DNA of 64,000 bases from an uncultured Bacteroides sp. (GCF_900544075.1 NZ_UQTJ01000001.1), one strand, 5' to 3'; counted from the first letter of the stretch, positions 39,802 through 51,113 are shown. A program made the numbers and translations. Notes: a model not told the origin generated them from the letters alone.

Positions 39802-39831
39802 CAAATATAAATACTTTATTTCATATGCCAA
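39802..39831 (-). promoter_or_regulatory. Bacteroidetes housekeeping-type promoter pointing into IR-R
   Basis: Minus strand TTG-N19-TATATTTG; no credible minus-strand gene follows in the current orientation. Confidence 0.6.
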
Positions 39832-39962
39832 TATTTATTTAGAGAAAAACTACGCAGCGTTAACGTTTTTTATAATGAAAATAGAAAATCTTTACAAAGA
39901 AACTAATAATTCTTTCACATAGGTAGCTTATAGAAAATTTTAAGGGACTCAGTTTTGCAGTC

Positions 39963-39995
39963 AAAAAAAAGCGGCCTCCTTCCGGAAACCGCTTT
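39963..39995 (-). terminator. Intrinsic terminator of pckA
   Basis: Minus strand AAAGCGGTTTCC...GGAGGCCGCTTTTTTTT. Confidence 0.8.
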
Positions 39996-40019
39996 CTAAA
40001 TATATGTTGTGTTATTAAA

Positions 40020-41624
40020 TTACAACTTTGGACCAGCAGCAACAAGAGCTTTACCAGCTTCGTTTCCTGTGAACTTAGCGAAGTTCTTGATGAAACGTCC
40101 AGCCAAGTCTTTAGCTTTTTCTTCCCACTGACAAGCGCATTCGTAAGTATCGCGTGGGTCAAGAATCTTAGGATCTACACCCGGCAATTCTGTTGGAACT
40201 ACGAAGTCGAAGAATGGGATAACCTTAGTAGGAGCCTTGTCGATAGAACCGTCAAGGATAGCGTCGATAATACCACGAGTATCACGGATAGAGATACGCT
40301 TACCTGTACCGTTCCAACCAGTGTTAACCAAGTATGCCTTAGCACCAGTCATTTCCATCTTCTTAACAAGTTCTTCAGCATATTTAGTTGGGTGCAAGCT
40401 CAAGAAAGCAGCGCCGAAACATGCAGAGAATGTTGGAGTTGGTTCAGTGATACCACGTTCTGTACCTGCCAACTTAGCAGTAAATCCTGACAGGAAGTAG
40501 TACTGAGCCTGAGCTGGGTTAAGGATAGATACTGGAGGCAATACACCGAATGCGTCAGCTGACAAGAAGATTACCTGCTTAGCGTGAGGACCCTTAGAAA
40601 CTGGCTTAACGATGTTTTCGATGTGGTTGATTGGGTAAGAAACACGAGTGTTTTCAGTTACGCTCTTATCAGCGAAGTTAATCTTACCTTCTGCATCAAC
40701 TGTAACGTTTTCAAGAAGAGCGTTACGTTTGATAGCGTTGTAGATATCTGGTTCTGATTCCTTGTCAAGGTTGATAACCTTAGCGTAGCAACCACCTTCA
40801 TAGTTGAATACACCTTCGTTGTCCCATCCGTGTTCGTCGTCACCGATAAGTTTACGTTTTGGGTCAGTAGAAAGAGTAGTCTTACCTGTACCAGACAATC
40901 CGAAGAAGATAGCTGATTCAGTTTCGTCCATGTTAGTGTTAGCAGAACAGTGCATAGAAGCAACACCACGAAGTGGGTTGAAGTAATTCATCATAGAGAA
41001 CATACCTTTCTTCATTTCACCACCGTACCAAGTGTTAAGGATAACCTGTTCCTTAGTAGTCAAGTTGAATACAACAGCTGTTTCAGAGTTCAAGCCAAGT
41101 TCTTTGTAGTTTTCAACTTTAGCCTTAGAAGCGTTGTAAACGATGAAGTCAGGTTCGAATGATTCAAGTTCTTCAGCTGTTGGGCGGATGAACATGTTAG
41201 TTACGAAGTGAGCCTGCCATGCAACTTCCATGATGAAACGAACTTTCAAGCAAGTAGCTTCGTTAGCGCCGCAGAAACCATCAACAACATACAATTTCTT
41301 GTTTGACAATTCTTTAGCAGCCAAGTTTTTCAATACATTCCAAGTTTCTGTAGTTACAGGCTTGTTGTCGTTTTTATATTCTTCTGAAGTCCACCATACA
41401 GTGTTTTCACTTGTAGCGTCTTTTACCAAGAATTTATCTTTAGGAGAACGACCAGTGTAGATACCAGTCATAACGTTTACTGCACCAAGTTCAGTTACCT
41501 GACCTTTTTCATAGCCTTCCAAACCAGCCTTTGTTTCTTCAGCGAACAAGACTTCGTATGAAGGATTGTGCAAGATTTCTACGGTACCATGTATACCGTA
41601 TTTGGTAAGATCTAAATTTGCCAT
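40020..41624 (-). CDS. pckA: Phosphoenolpyruvate carboxykinase (ATP)
   Basis: [43 protein letters not shown] and EGGCYAK motifs. Confidence 0.98.
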   Translation of the reverse strand: MANLDLTKYGIHGTVEILHNPSYEVLFAEETKAGLEGYEKGQVTELGAVNVMTGIYTGRSPKDKFLVKDATSENTVWWTSEEYKNDNKPVTTETWNVLKNLAAKELSNKKLYVVDGFCGANEATCLKVRFIMEVAWQAHFVTNMFIRPTAEELESFEPDFIVYNASKAKVENYKELGLNSETAVVFNLTTKEQVILNTWYGGEMKKGMFSMMNYFNPLRGVASMHCSANTNMDETESAIFFGLSGTGKTTLSTDPKRKLIGDDEHGWDNEGVFNYEGGCYAKVINLDKESEPDIYNAIKRNALLENVTVDAEGKINFADKSVTENTRVSYPINHIENIVKPVSKGPHAKQVIFLSADAFGVLPPVSILNPAQAQYYFLSGFTAKLAGTERGITEPTPTFSACFGAAFLSLHPTKYAEELVKKMEMTGAKAYLVNTGWNGTGKRISIRDTRGIIDAILDGSIDKAPTKVIPFFDFVVPTELPGVDPKILDPRDTYECACQWEEKAKDLAGRFIKNFAKFTGNEAGKALVAAGPKL

Positions 41625-41853
41625 TGTTCTAATGAATTAAATTGGTTATTATTTTAGATATATTGTTTCCACTTTTTTGCGATACAAAAGTACAACATTT
41701 TATTTGAATGCGATTAATAATTAGAGAAAAAAATCCGTAATAATGAAATATTTATACTTGTGTAACACATTTGCAAGGTATATGTTACAAAACATAGTTT
41801 TAATGCTAAAATCAAGCAATTCAGAAGCATGAAAAAAACTTCCCGTCGTTTGA

Positions 41854-41899
41854 AATAAAACTCTTCGTCGTTTTGATTAAAACGACGAAGAGTTTTATT
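41854..41899. repeat. Perfect 21-bp-arm palindrome (REP-like)
   Basis: AATAAAACTCTTCGTCGTTTT-GATT-AAAACGACGAAGAGTTTTATT. Confidence 0.85.
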
Positions 41900-42068
41900 A
41901 TTGACATATTTGTGCCCGTAGATATTTATATATAATATATAGGTGTAAATAGTACGAAAAACCAAAATTTATACCTTTTGTAATGAAATCTCCACATCAT
42001 TTTTGGCAGTTATTCATACTTTTGCAACAAAGATAATAATATCCTAAACTTTAAAATTAAATTGACCC

Positions 42069-43319
42069 ATGAAAAATAATCTTATTTACACATTAGCATT
42101 AGCAGGTATTGCTCTGTTTGGTACAGCCTGCTCACAGAACAACCAAACAGAACCACATCAAACAACACAAATTAAAAACAACTCTACAGACAAACCATGG
42201 TCAGTCCGTATGGTAGAATCGGAGATGGCAAGATGGCCTGAATCATGGCAGCTCGACTTCCAGCCTAAACTGAAATGGGATTATTGTCACGGACTTGAGC
42301 TGCAGGCTATGCTTGACGTTTACGACCGTTATGGCAATGACAGGATATATGAATACGCCCTGGCGTATGCCGATACTATGGTAAATGCAGACGGGACTAT
42401 CAAAATGTATAAACGCGAAGAGTTCAGCCTTGACCGCGTGAACTCCGGAAAGTTCCTTTTCCGCATATACGAACAGACCAAGGATGAGAAATACAGAAAG
42501 GCGCTTGCCCTGATGAGAAGCCAGTTTGAAGACCATCCGAGAAATGCCGACGGCGGATTCTGGCATAAGAAAGTATATCCTAATCAGGTTTGGCTGGACG
42601 GTATATACATGGGAGCACCGTTCTATGCCGAATATGCTTTCAGAAACAATGAGGTGAATGCCTATAAAGATATCATAAACCAGTTTCTGATGGCTGCCCG
42701 CCACACTTATGACCCTAAGACAGACCTTTATAAACACGCTTGCGACGTAAGCAGAAAGGAAAAATGGGCAGACCCGGTAACAGGACAGTCACAACACAGC
42801 TGGGGACGTGCCCTGGGATGGTATGCAATGGCATTCGTCGATGCACTGGAGTTTATTCCGCAGCATGAAGCCGGAAGAGATTCCATGATAATGGTGCTTG
42901 ACAAAGTGGCCGGGCAGATAAAAAGACTGCAGGACGAAAAGACGGGATTGTGGTATCAGGTGCTTGACAGAAGCGGCGACGAAGGCAACTATCTCGAATC
43001 TTCATGCTCTGTAATGTTTGTATATTCACTGTTCAAAGCCGTAAGGAAGGGATATATAGACGGTTCTTATCTGGCTGTGGCGGAAAAAGGATATAAAGGT
43101 ATATTGGAAAACTTCATTACTACAGACGAAAATGGCATGATAAGCATAACCAAGGCTTGTGCTGTGGCCGGACTGGGCGGAAAGAACTACCGTATGGGTG
43201 ACTACGACTATTATATAAACGAACAGATAAGGGACAATGACCCTAAGGCTGTCGGTCCGTTTATATTAGCCAGCCTTGAATGGGAAAGACTGCAAGAAGT
43301 AAGGAATATTCTAAGGTAA
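42069..43319 (+). CDS. Unsaturated rhamnogalacturonyl/galacturonyl hydrolase (GH105) lipoprotein
   Basis: KWDYCHGL, GGFWHK, WLDGIYMG, WGRALGW and NDPKAVGPFI motifs. Confidence 0.92.
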   Translation: MKNNLIYTLALAGIALFGTACSQNNQTEPHQTTQIKNNSTDKPWSVRMVESEMARWPESWQLDFQPKLKWDYCHGLELQAMLDVYDRYGNDRIYEYALAYADTMVNADGTIKMYKREEFSLDRVNSGKFLFRIYEQTKDEKYRKALALMRSQFEDHPRNADGGFWHKKVYPNQVWLDGIYMGAPFYAEYAFRNNEVNAYKDIINQFLMAARHTYDPKTDLYKHACDVSRKEKWADPVTGQSQHSWGRALGWYAMAFVDALEFIPQHEAGRDSMIMVLDKVAGQIKRLQDEKTGLWYQVLDRSGDEGNYLESSCSVMFVYSLFKAVRKGYIDGSYLAVAEKGYKGILENFITTDENGMISITKACAVAGLGGKNYRMGDYDYYINEQIRDNDPKAVGPFILASLEWERLQEVRNILR

Positions 43320-43346
43320 TAAAGGGATACAAAAAACACCTGCAAT

Positions 43347-45098
43347 ATGAAAAACAAGATAACTCTGTTATTAGGACTGTTCATCATCCTGACAGCTTTT
43401 TCTCCGGCCAGACGCAACATAACGATATTTACCATCGGCGATTCGACCATGGCCAACAAGAAACTTGAAGGCGGAAATCCGGAAAGAGGCTGGGGACAGA
43501 TGCTTTCAAGATATTTCACTGACGGCATAACAATAGACAATCATGCCGTAAACGGCAGAAGCTCAAAGAGTTTCATCGATGAGGGAAGATGGGACAATGT
43601 GCTCTCAAAAATCCAAAAGGGTGATTATGTATTCATCCAGTTCGGACATAACGACGAAAAGGATGACCCTAAAAGACATACAGATCCGGGAACGACTTTC
43701 GATGCCAACCTGAGAAAGTTCGTAGAGGAAACAAGAGCCAAAGGAGGTATTCCGGTACTGTTCAACTCAATAGTACGACGCAATTTCGGGAAATCAGGAG
43801 CTGACGCCGTAGCTGATGCTATCAAGCAGGACGATATCCGCAACGGAATCGACCCTAAAGCACCGAAAGAAGTCATCGAAGAAGGAGCAAAACTGATTGA
43901 TACTCACGGGGCATATCTTGACTCACCGGCCAACGTGGCAAAAGAACTTAACGTCACATTCATAGATTTAAACAGCCTGACACACAAGCTTGTAGAAGAT
44001 TTGGGACCGGAGAAATCAAAGAAACTGTATTTGTGGGTGCAACCTAAGACAGTACCTGCATTGCCGGACGGAAGGGAAGACAACACACACCTGAATGTAC
44101 ATGGAGCATCAATAGTAGCAGAAATGGCGGCAAAGGCTGTAGCAGAAGCTGTTCCGGAACTCGGACAATACCTATGCCACTATGACCTTGTAGTAGCCAA
44201 AGACGGCTCCGGCGATTTCTTCACAGTACAGGATGCTATAAATGCTGTACCTGACTACAGAAAAAACTCAAGAACTACAATTCTGGTAAAAGAAGGTACA
44301 TATAAGGAAAAAGTTATCATACCTTCCTGTAAGAATGCTATCTCACTGATAGGAAAAGGAAATGTGAAAATATCATTCGACGACTATGCAAGCAAGCCTA
44401 ATATCTTCGGAGAAGAAAAAGGTACATCAGGCTCATCGTCATGCTATATCTATGCACCTGATTTCTACGCTGAGAACATAACTTTCGAGAACTCTTCAGG
44501 ACCTGTAGGACAGGCTGTGGCATGTTTTGTAAGTGCAGACAGGGCTTATTTCAAGAAATGCCGTTTTCTTGGCTTTCAGGACACTCTGTACACATACGGC
44601 AAAGGCTGCAGACAATATTATGACGAATGTTACATAGAAGGAACTGTGGATTTCATATTCGGATGGTCTGTTGCAGTGTTCAATCGCTGTCATATTCACA
44701 GCGTGGGTAACGGATATCTTACCGCTCCTTCGACAGACAAGGGACAGAAATACGGATATGCGTTCTACGACTGCGACATAACTGCCAACGATGGTGTAGA
44801 AAAAGTATATCTCTCACGCCCGTGGCGACCTTATGCCAAGGCTGTATTCATACGCTGTAACATGGGCAGACATATTCTGCCTGAAGGATGGAACAACTGG
44901 AGGAAGGTGGAAAACGAGAAAACGGTATTCTATGCTGAATATCAAAGTAAAGGTGAAGGAGCGGCTCCGAAAAAACGCGCGGCTTATTCCAAACAGTTGA
45001 AAAGTCTGGACGGCTACAGCATGGAAGAAGTCCTTTCAGGAAGCGACGGATGGAACCCGGTTGAGAACGGGAATGAATTGTTGAACATAAGAAGATAA
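43347..45098 (+). CDS. Fused SGNH pectin acetylesterase (CE12) and pectin methylesterase (CE8)
   Basis: GDST, NGRSSKSF, IQFGHND and DNTH; then DGSGDFFTVQ, GQAVA, QDTLY, GTVDFIFG and LSRPW. Confidence 0.92.
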   Translation: MKNKITLLLGLFIILTAFSPARRNITIFTIGDSTMANKKLEGGNPERGWGQMLSRYFTDGITIDNHAVNGRSSKSFIDEGRWDNVLSKIQKGDYVFIQFGHNDEKDDPKRHTDPGTTFDANLRKFVEETRAKGGIPVLFNSIVRRNFGKSGADAVADAIKQDDIRNGIDPKAPKEVIEEGAKLIDTHGAYLDSPANVAKELNVTFIDLNSLTHKLVEDLGPEKSKKLYLWVQPKTVPALPDGREDNTHLNVHGASIVAEMAAKAVAEAVPELGQYLCHYDLVVAKDGSGDFFTVQDAINAVPDYRKNSRTTILVKEGTYKEKVIIPSCKNAISLIGKGNVKISFDDYASKPNIFGEEKGTSGSSSCYIYAPDFYAENITFENSSGPVGQAVACFVSADRAYFKKCRFLGFQDTLYTYGKGCRQYYDECYIEGTVDFIFGWSVAVFNRCHIHSVGNGYLTAPSTDKGQKYGYAFYDCDITANDGVEKVYLSRPWRPYAKAVFIRCNMGRHILPEGWNNWRKVENEKTVFYAEYQSKGEGAAPKKRAAYSKQLKSLDGYSMEEVLSGSDGWNPVENGNELLNIRR

Positions 45099-45103
45099 GC
45101 CAA

Positions 45104-46414
45104 ATGAAAAAAAGAATATTGTTTGCATTAATTGCCGGTATAATATGGTTATTATCTATGGCAGAGAACTATCCGTACAGAAGTGACCTGCTGTGGGTGA
45201 CTGAGCCGGACCATGCAGACTGGATATACCGCACAGGAGAAAACGCAAAAATCAAAGTAAGCCTATTCAAATACGGAATACCGCAGGACGGAATAACCGT
45301 AGAGTATGAAACAGGAAGCGAACTTATGCCTGCCGACAAAAAAGGAAACATAAAACTGAAAGACGGAAAAGCGGAAATAAATATAGGTACGATGAAAGAG
45401 CCTGGTTTCCGCGACTGTATATTCACTGTTGAAATGAACGGAAAGAAATACAGCCATCACGTGAAAGTGGGATTCTCGCCTGAAAAGATAAAGCCATATA
45501 CACGAATGCCTGATGACTTCATCGATTTCTGGACTTCAAATATCAGAGAATCATCGGAATTTCCGCTTAAATATACAAAGGAAAGAGCAGAGGAATACTG
45601 CACCGATAAGATTGACTGTTATCTGATAAAACTGTTTCTGAACAACAAAGGACAGGCCATATATGGTTATCTGTTCTACCCAAAGAACGCTAAGTCGGGA
45701 AGCTGTCCGGTAGTATTGTCGCCTCCGGGAGCGGGAATAAAAACCATAAAGGAACCGCTTCGACACAAGTATTATGCCGAAAAAGGATGCATACGTCTGG
45801 AATTTGAGATACACGGACTGAACCCTACCATGAGTGAGGAAGAATTTAAGGAAATAAGCAATGCTTTTAACGGAAAAGAGAACGGATATCTGACAAACGG
45901 ACTCGACAACAGAGACAATTACTATATGAAAAGAGTCTATCTGGCATGCATACGCTGTATCGACCTGCTGACTTCATTGCCGGAATGGGACGGGAAGAAT
46001 GTCATTGTACAAGGAGGTAGCCAGGGAGGTGCGCTGGCTATGGTAACTGCCGGACTGGACAAGCGTGTTACGGCTTGTGTGGCAAATCATCCGGCACTGA
46101 GCGATATGGCCGGATACATGGCCGGACGAGCCGGAGGCTATCCCCACTTCTTCCGCACCAAAGAAATGGACAGCAAGGAAAAGCTTGAGACCATGGCATA
46201 TTATGATGTAGTAAACTTTGCAAGATTAATAAAGGCTGATACTTTTATGACGTGGGGATTTAATGACAATACCTGTCCGCCTACTACAAGCTATGCCGTA
46301 TTCAATACTCTGAATTGCCCTAAAGAAGCTCTCATCACTCCTATTAATGAACATTGGACATCGGAAGAGACGGAACACGGACATCTGGAATGGATAAAAA
46401 AACATCTGAAATAA
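45104..46414 (+). CDS. Acetyl esterase (CE7/AXE1-like)
   Basis: GGSQGG nucleophile motif; DNTCPP; C-terminal EH. Confidence 0.85.
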   Translation: MKKRILFALIAGIIWLLSMAENYPYRSDLLWVTEPDHADWIYRTGENAKIKVSLFKYGIPQDGITVEYETGSELMPADKKGNIKLKDGKAEINIGTMKEPGFRDCIFTVEMNGKKYSHHVKVGFSPEKIKPYTRMPDDFIDFWTSNIRESSEFPLKYTKERAEEYCTDKIDCYLIKLFLNNKGQAIYGYLFYPKNAKSGSCPVVLSPPGAGIKTIKEPLRHKYYAEKGCIRLEFEIHGLNPTMSEEEFKEISNAFNGKENGYLTNGLDNRDNYYMKRVYLACIRCIDLLTSLPEWDGKNVIVQGGSQGGALAMVTAGLDKRVTACVANHPALSDMAGYMAGRAGGYPHFFRTKEMDSKEKLETMAYYDVVNFARLIKADTFMTWGFNDNTCPPTTSYAVFNTLNCPKEALITPINEHWTSEETEHGHLEWIKKHLK

Positions 46415-46417
46415 GTG

Positions 46418-46451
46418 AAAGTGCCGGGAACTTATTGTTTTCCGGCACTTT
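46418..46451 (+). terminator. Stem-loop/terminator after CE7
   Basis: AAAGTGCCGG...CCGGCACTTT. Confidence 0.65.
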
Positions 46452-46561
46452 ATAGTGATATCAAAAGCCTTTATTTACCATTTTCAAAATACCTGTATTT
46501 TATTTTCACATTATATTTCTTAATTTTGTAACATATATAAAACCATATTAACCGCCATAAC

Positions 46562-49500
46562 ATGACTAAAAAAATAATATTCCTGATTTTATTCTACATA
46601 TATTCAGTAAATATCAGTGCGCAACCTGATTGTGTAATAACACATTACTCCTCAGAGGACGGTCTATCTGAAAATACAGTTATGGATATACTACAGGATA
46701 AAAAAGGTAACTTGTGGTTATCTACATGGAACGGGATAAACAAATTCGACGGATATACATTCCATACATACAAAGGATTTCAAGATAACGATATCGCACT
46801 CACAAGCAACCGTGTAGACTGTATGGAACTTGACAAATACGGCTTTATATGGATGCTTACATACGACGAAAGAGTTTTTCGTTTCGATCCACGTACTGAG
46901 AAGTTCGTTAGTGTACCCGACAACGATGTAAACGAAGCACATATACCGATTACAAGCATAAAAGCTCTACCTAACGGTAATGTATGGCTACTCTCGGAGA
47001 ACAGAGGTGCAATAAGGGTAATAACCAATCCTAAAAATAAAGAGTTCACTACAGAATATTATTCATCAGGACATGAGATATTCCCAATATCGACCGTTTT
47101 TGACGTATTCATGTCAGAAAACAAAGAATGGGTACTTGCAGACAACGGCATGGCATGTTTCTGCGAGAACTCACAAAATCCGGAAGTGTTTTTTGGTAAT
47201 AATGGCTCTGATACAGAAGAGAATGGTGGGAAAAACATATTTTACACCATGGAAGACTGTGGACAGAAACTTTTTTTTGGAGCTAACAGCGGATATGTCT
47301 GGATAATGAATAAAAACGATGGTATATTCACACCATTGAAACTGCCTGTACAATCAGGAGTAAAAGGCATCAAATATATAAAGAAAAATGAAGAAGCTGT
47401 AATAGCTACCGATAAAGACGGTTTCTTTGTGTACGACATGAAAGATTCTTCACTTAAGCACTTCAAGCCTTCTACTATACCTGATGCCCCTATAGACAAT
47501 ATATACAGAGATTCAGCCGATGAAATATGGTTTGCGCAAGACGCATCAGGTCAAGTGGCACACTTCAATCCATACACAGAAATAGTAAAAATAGAAAAGG
47601 TATATACTGAATATACGAATACAGACAGGTCACGTCCGGCATTCCACATACACGAAGACATATACGGGACTCTTTGGGTGCACCCTTATGGCGGCGGTTT
47701 TTCATATTTCGACAGAGCGAGAAACTGCATAATGCCTTTCTATAACAGTATGGAAGGTAAGCATTGGCATTTTTCAAATAAAATTCATTGCGCATATTCC
47801 GACAGACAAGGTAATTTATGGATGTGTACCCACTCAAAAGGCTTGGAGAAAATAACATTCAGAACTGAACGTTTCAGAGTCAAACGTCCTGTACAGTCCG
47901 ACCGTGAAACACTCGGAAATGAAGTCAGAGCTTTACACGAATACGGCAAGAATCTATGGGTAGGATTAAAAGACGGTATGCTGCGCATATATGACAGCAG
48001 CTATAATGAAATAGGTTACATGACGGAGAGTGGAAAGATTTCAAAATCCGGAACTCCGCTGGCTGGGAATGTTTACTATATGACATGCGACAGCAAAGGT
48101 ACCATGTGGATTGCCACAAAAGGAGCCGGACTTATTAAAGCCGAGCCGGAAGGTGGTAGAATGCAATTCAGACTGACACGCTACGAACATAATCCAAACG
48201 ACATATACAGCCTTTCAAGCAACGATGTTTACTGCATATACGAAGACCATTCAGGCAGAATATGGGTTGCCACATTCTCTAACGGCATAAACTATATATC
48301 TAAAGATGAAAACGGAAAAGATATATTCATAAGCCATAGAAACATGCTGAAAGGATACCCGATAAAGCAGTGCAACAAAGTAAGATGTATCACGGCTGAT
48401 AAACATGACAGATTGTGGATAGGCACTACCGGAGGTCTTGTAATGACCAGACTGGACTTTACGAACCCGCGTGAAGTAACTTTCAACCACTACATGCGCT
48501 CACCGAAGGACCCGACATCTCTTAGTAATAATGATGTGCATTGGATTTCTTCCACACAAAAAGAAGAGCTGTATATAGCCACATTCGGAGGAGGATTGAA
48601 CAGAATGACAAGTATAGACAAGAATGGTAAAATACAATTCAAGACATACACCGTACAAGACGGATTGCCATCTGACATACTTTTATCAATACAGGAAGAC
48701 AAAAAAGGTATATTGTGGATAAGCACAGAGAACGGATTGACGAAGTTCAACCCGGCTGATGAAAGTTTCGAGAACTTCCAGGACAGACACAGTAACTTAA
48801 AAATACGTTTCAGCGAAGCATCATCCGATTACCTGTCGAACGGTGATATCGTATTCGGAACAAATCACGGGATATTCTATTTCAACCCTGACTCAATAAA
48901 GAAAAGTATATACGAACCTCCGGTAATTTTTACGCAACTATTGTTAGCAAACAATACAGTTGTACCTGGTACAGGTTCTCTGAAAGAAAGTACCATAGAC
49001 GATATAGGACATCTCACACTCTCGCATGAAGAAAATATATTTACCATCCAATATGCGGCACTGGACTACACTACCCCGTCGGACATACAGTACGCGTATA
49101 TGCTGGATGGTTTCGATAAGCACTGGAACTATGTAGGGAAACAACGTATGGCTACATATACAAATCTGCCAAAAGGAGAATATATATTCAAGGTACGCTC
49201 AACAAATTCTGATGGAGTATGGACAGACAACACCCGCGACCTTGGAATAAACATTCTTCCTTCGTTCTGGGAAACGCCACTTGCTTATGCTCTGTATGTG
49301 TTCATCCTGCTATTGGTTGTGTTTACTGCCGTATATATTCTGTCAACCATTTATAGGCTGAAACACAAAGTCGTTATGGAACATCAGCTTACAGACCTAA
49401 AGCTAAGATTCTTTACTGACATTTCACATGAACTCAGAACACCGCTTACACTCATAACAGCTCCGTTGGAAAACATACTGGAGGATAATGAACTTCCTGG

Positions 49501-51004
49501 TGGAATACGCGAACAACTATCCGTTGTAGAACGTAACGCAAACCGTATGCTGAGACTTGTAAACCAAATTCTTGATTTCAGGAAAATACAGAACAAGAAA
49601 ATGAAAATGCAGGTACAACTACTTGAAATTGTATCGTTTACACGTAAAATAATGGATTACTTTGAAGCTGTAGCCAAAGAAAGGAATATAAACTACACAA
49701 TGGAGACAGAAAAAAGCGCCATTTATTTATGGGTGGACGCAGACAAATATGAAAAGATTATATACAACCTGCTATCGAACGCATTCAAATATACCCCTGA
49801 CGGGAAAGCCATAAAAATAGCGATAAAAGAAAACGAAGACACAGTATCTGTTTCCGTAATAGACCAGGGAATGGGTATCACTGAAAATAAAAAGAAAAAA
49901 CTGTTCGTCCGCTTTGAAAATCATATCGAGTCAAAAGCGACATCACAATTAAGTACAGGCATTGGCCTTTCACTGGTAAAAGACTTTACAGACATGCACA
50001 AAGCAGAAATCAATGTAACAAGCAAACTGGATGAAGGCAGCTGTTTCAAAATTGATTTCAAGAAAGGCAAAGAACATTATGACGAAAAGGTAGAATTTCT
50101 GCAAAGTGACATAGACTATCAGGATGAAGGACAGAAAGACTTGCAAGAGCCTCAAAATGACGATACTACAAATCTGAATGAAAATGAGATTCAGGATTCT
50201 GACAAAGAGGTAATGCTGATAGTTGAAGATAACTCCGAACTCAGACAATTCCTAAGAGGTATATTCTCGCCGGAATATTATGTAATAGAAGCGGCAAACG
50301 GAGAGGAAGGCAAAGAAAAGGCATTTAAACATTTACCGGACATAATAATAAGTGATGTTATGATGCCTGTGAAGGACGGATTCCAGATGATGCAGGAATT
50401 AAGAAACGAAATTACCACCAGTCATATACCATTAATACTGCTGACTGCAAAAACCGCCATTGAAAGCAAACTGGAAGGATTGGAATACGGAGCAGACGAT
50501 TATATAACCAAACCTTTCAGTGCTACATATCTGAAAGCCAGAGTCAAAAACATTCTTCAGAGCAGATTGAAAATACAGGAGGCATATAGGGAAAGACTGC
50601 TTAACTCTGGATGGAAAGCCGCAGACGACAAAGTAGAAAAGAGCGAAACGAATGTTCCTGAAATGTCACCTAACGACAGAAAATTCATGGACAAACTTAT
50701 GGAACTGATGGAAAACAGTTTGGACAATAGCGATTTGGTTGTTGATGACCTGGTAAAAGATATGGCTGTGAGCCGTTCGGTATTCTTCAAGAAACTGAAA
50801 TCGCTGACCGGATTAGCCCCGGTAGAATTTATAAAAGAGGTACGTATAAACAAAGCTGTTCAGTTAATAGAGTCGGGAGAGTTCTCCATAACGCAAATAG
50901 CATATATGGTTGGAATAAACGATCCAAGATATTTCAGTAAATGCTTCAAACAGAAGATGGGCATGACACCTACGGAATATAGAGATCATAAAGGAGAAAA
51001 ATAA
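46562..51004 (+). CDS. Hybrid two-component sensor/regulator (HTCS)
   Basis: Propeller repeats, Y_Y_Y domain, TM, ISHELRTPL, NLLSNAFK, GIGL, receiver SDVMMP, AraC-type HTH. Confidence 0.96.
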   Translation: MTKKIIFLILFYIYSVNISAQPDCVITHYSSEDGLSENTVMDILQDKKGNLWLSTWNGINKFDGYTFHTYKGFQDNDIALTSNRVDCMELDKYGFIWMLTYDERVFRFDPRTEKFVSVPDNDVNEAHIPITSIKALPNGNVWLLSENRGAIRVITNPKNKEFTTEYYSSGHEIFPISTVFDVFMSENKEWVLADNGMACFCENSQNPEVFFGNNGSDTEENGGKNIFYTMEDCGQKLFFGANSGYVWIMNKNDGIFTPLKLPVQSGVKGIKYIKKNEEAVIATDKDGFFVYDMKDSSLKHFKPSTIPDAPIDNIYRDSADEIWFAQDASGQVAHFNPYTEIVKIEKVYTEYTNTDRSRPAFHIHEDIYGTLWVHPYGGGFSYFDRARNCIMPFYNSMEGKHWHFSNKIHCAYSDRQGNLWMCTHSKGLEKITFRTERFRVKRPVQSDRETLGNEVRALHEYGKNLWVGLKDGMLRIYDSSYNEIGYMTESGKISKSGTPLAGNVYYMTCDSKGTMWIATKGAGLIKAEPEGGRMQFRLTRYEHNPNDIYSLSSNDVYCIYEDHSGRIWVATFSNGINYISKDENGKDIFISHRNMLKGYPIKQCNKVRCITADKHDRLWIGTTGGLVMTRLDFTNPREVTFNHYMRSPKDPTSLSNNDVHWISSTQKEELYIATFGGGLNRMTSIDKNGKIQFKTYTVQDGLPSDILLSIQEDKKGILWISTENGLTKFNPADESFENFQDRHSNLKIRFSEASSDYLSNGDIVFGTNHGIFYFNPDSIKKSIYEPPVIFTQLLLANNTVVPGTGSLKESTIDDIGHLTLSHEENIFTIQYAALDYTTPSDIQYAYMLDGFDKHWNYVGKQRMATYTNLPKGEYIFKVRSTNSDGVWTDNTRDLGINILPSFWETPLAYALYVFILLLVVFTAVYILSTIYRLKHKVVMEHQLTDLKLRFFTDISHELRTPLTLITAPLENILEDNELPGGIREQLSVVERNANRMLRLVNQILDFRKIQNKKMKMQVQLLEIVSFTRKIMDYFEAVAKERNINYTMETEKSAIYLWVDADKYEKIIYNLLSNAFKYTPDGKAIKIAIKENEDTVSVSVIDQGMGITENKKKKLFVRFENHIESKATSQLSTGIGLSLVKDFTDMHKAEINVTSKLDEGSCFKIDFKKGKEHYDEKVEFLQSDIDYQDEGQKDLQEPQNDDTTNLNENEIQDSDKEVMLIVEDNSELRQFLRGIFSPEYYVIEAANGEEGKEKAFKHLPDIIISDVMMPVKDGFQMMQELRNEITTSHIPLILLTAKTAIESKLEGLEYGADDYITKPFSATYLKARVKNILQSRLKIQEAYRERLLNSGWKAADDKVEKSETNVPEMSPNDRKFMDKLMELMENSLDNSDLVVDDLVKDMAVSRSVFFKKLKSLTGLAPVEFIKEVRINKAVQLIESGEFSITQIAYMVGINDPRYFSKCFKQKMGMTPTEYRDHKGEK

Positions 51005-51012
51005 CGTACAAT

Positions 51013-51060
51013 AAAAAGACAGCCGATAAGCGTAATAATTAGCTTACCGGCTGTCTTTTT
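51013..51060. terminator. Bidirectional terminator between HTCS and uxaC
   Basis: AAAAAGACAGCCGATAAGC...GCTTACCGGCTGTCTTTTT. Confidence 0.8.
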
Positions 51061-51113
51061 AAGATTTAACGTAATTATATCTATTATGCCTCAGGCATTC
51101 CAAGTGCGACGGA

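Noticed and set aside
43347..45098. CE12-CE8 fusion as a novelty
   Set aside because: Such fusions are familiar in Bacteroides pectin loci
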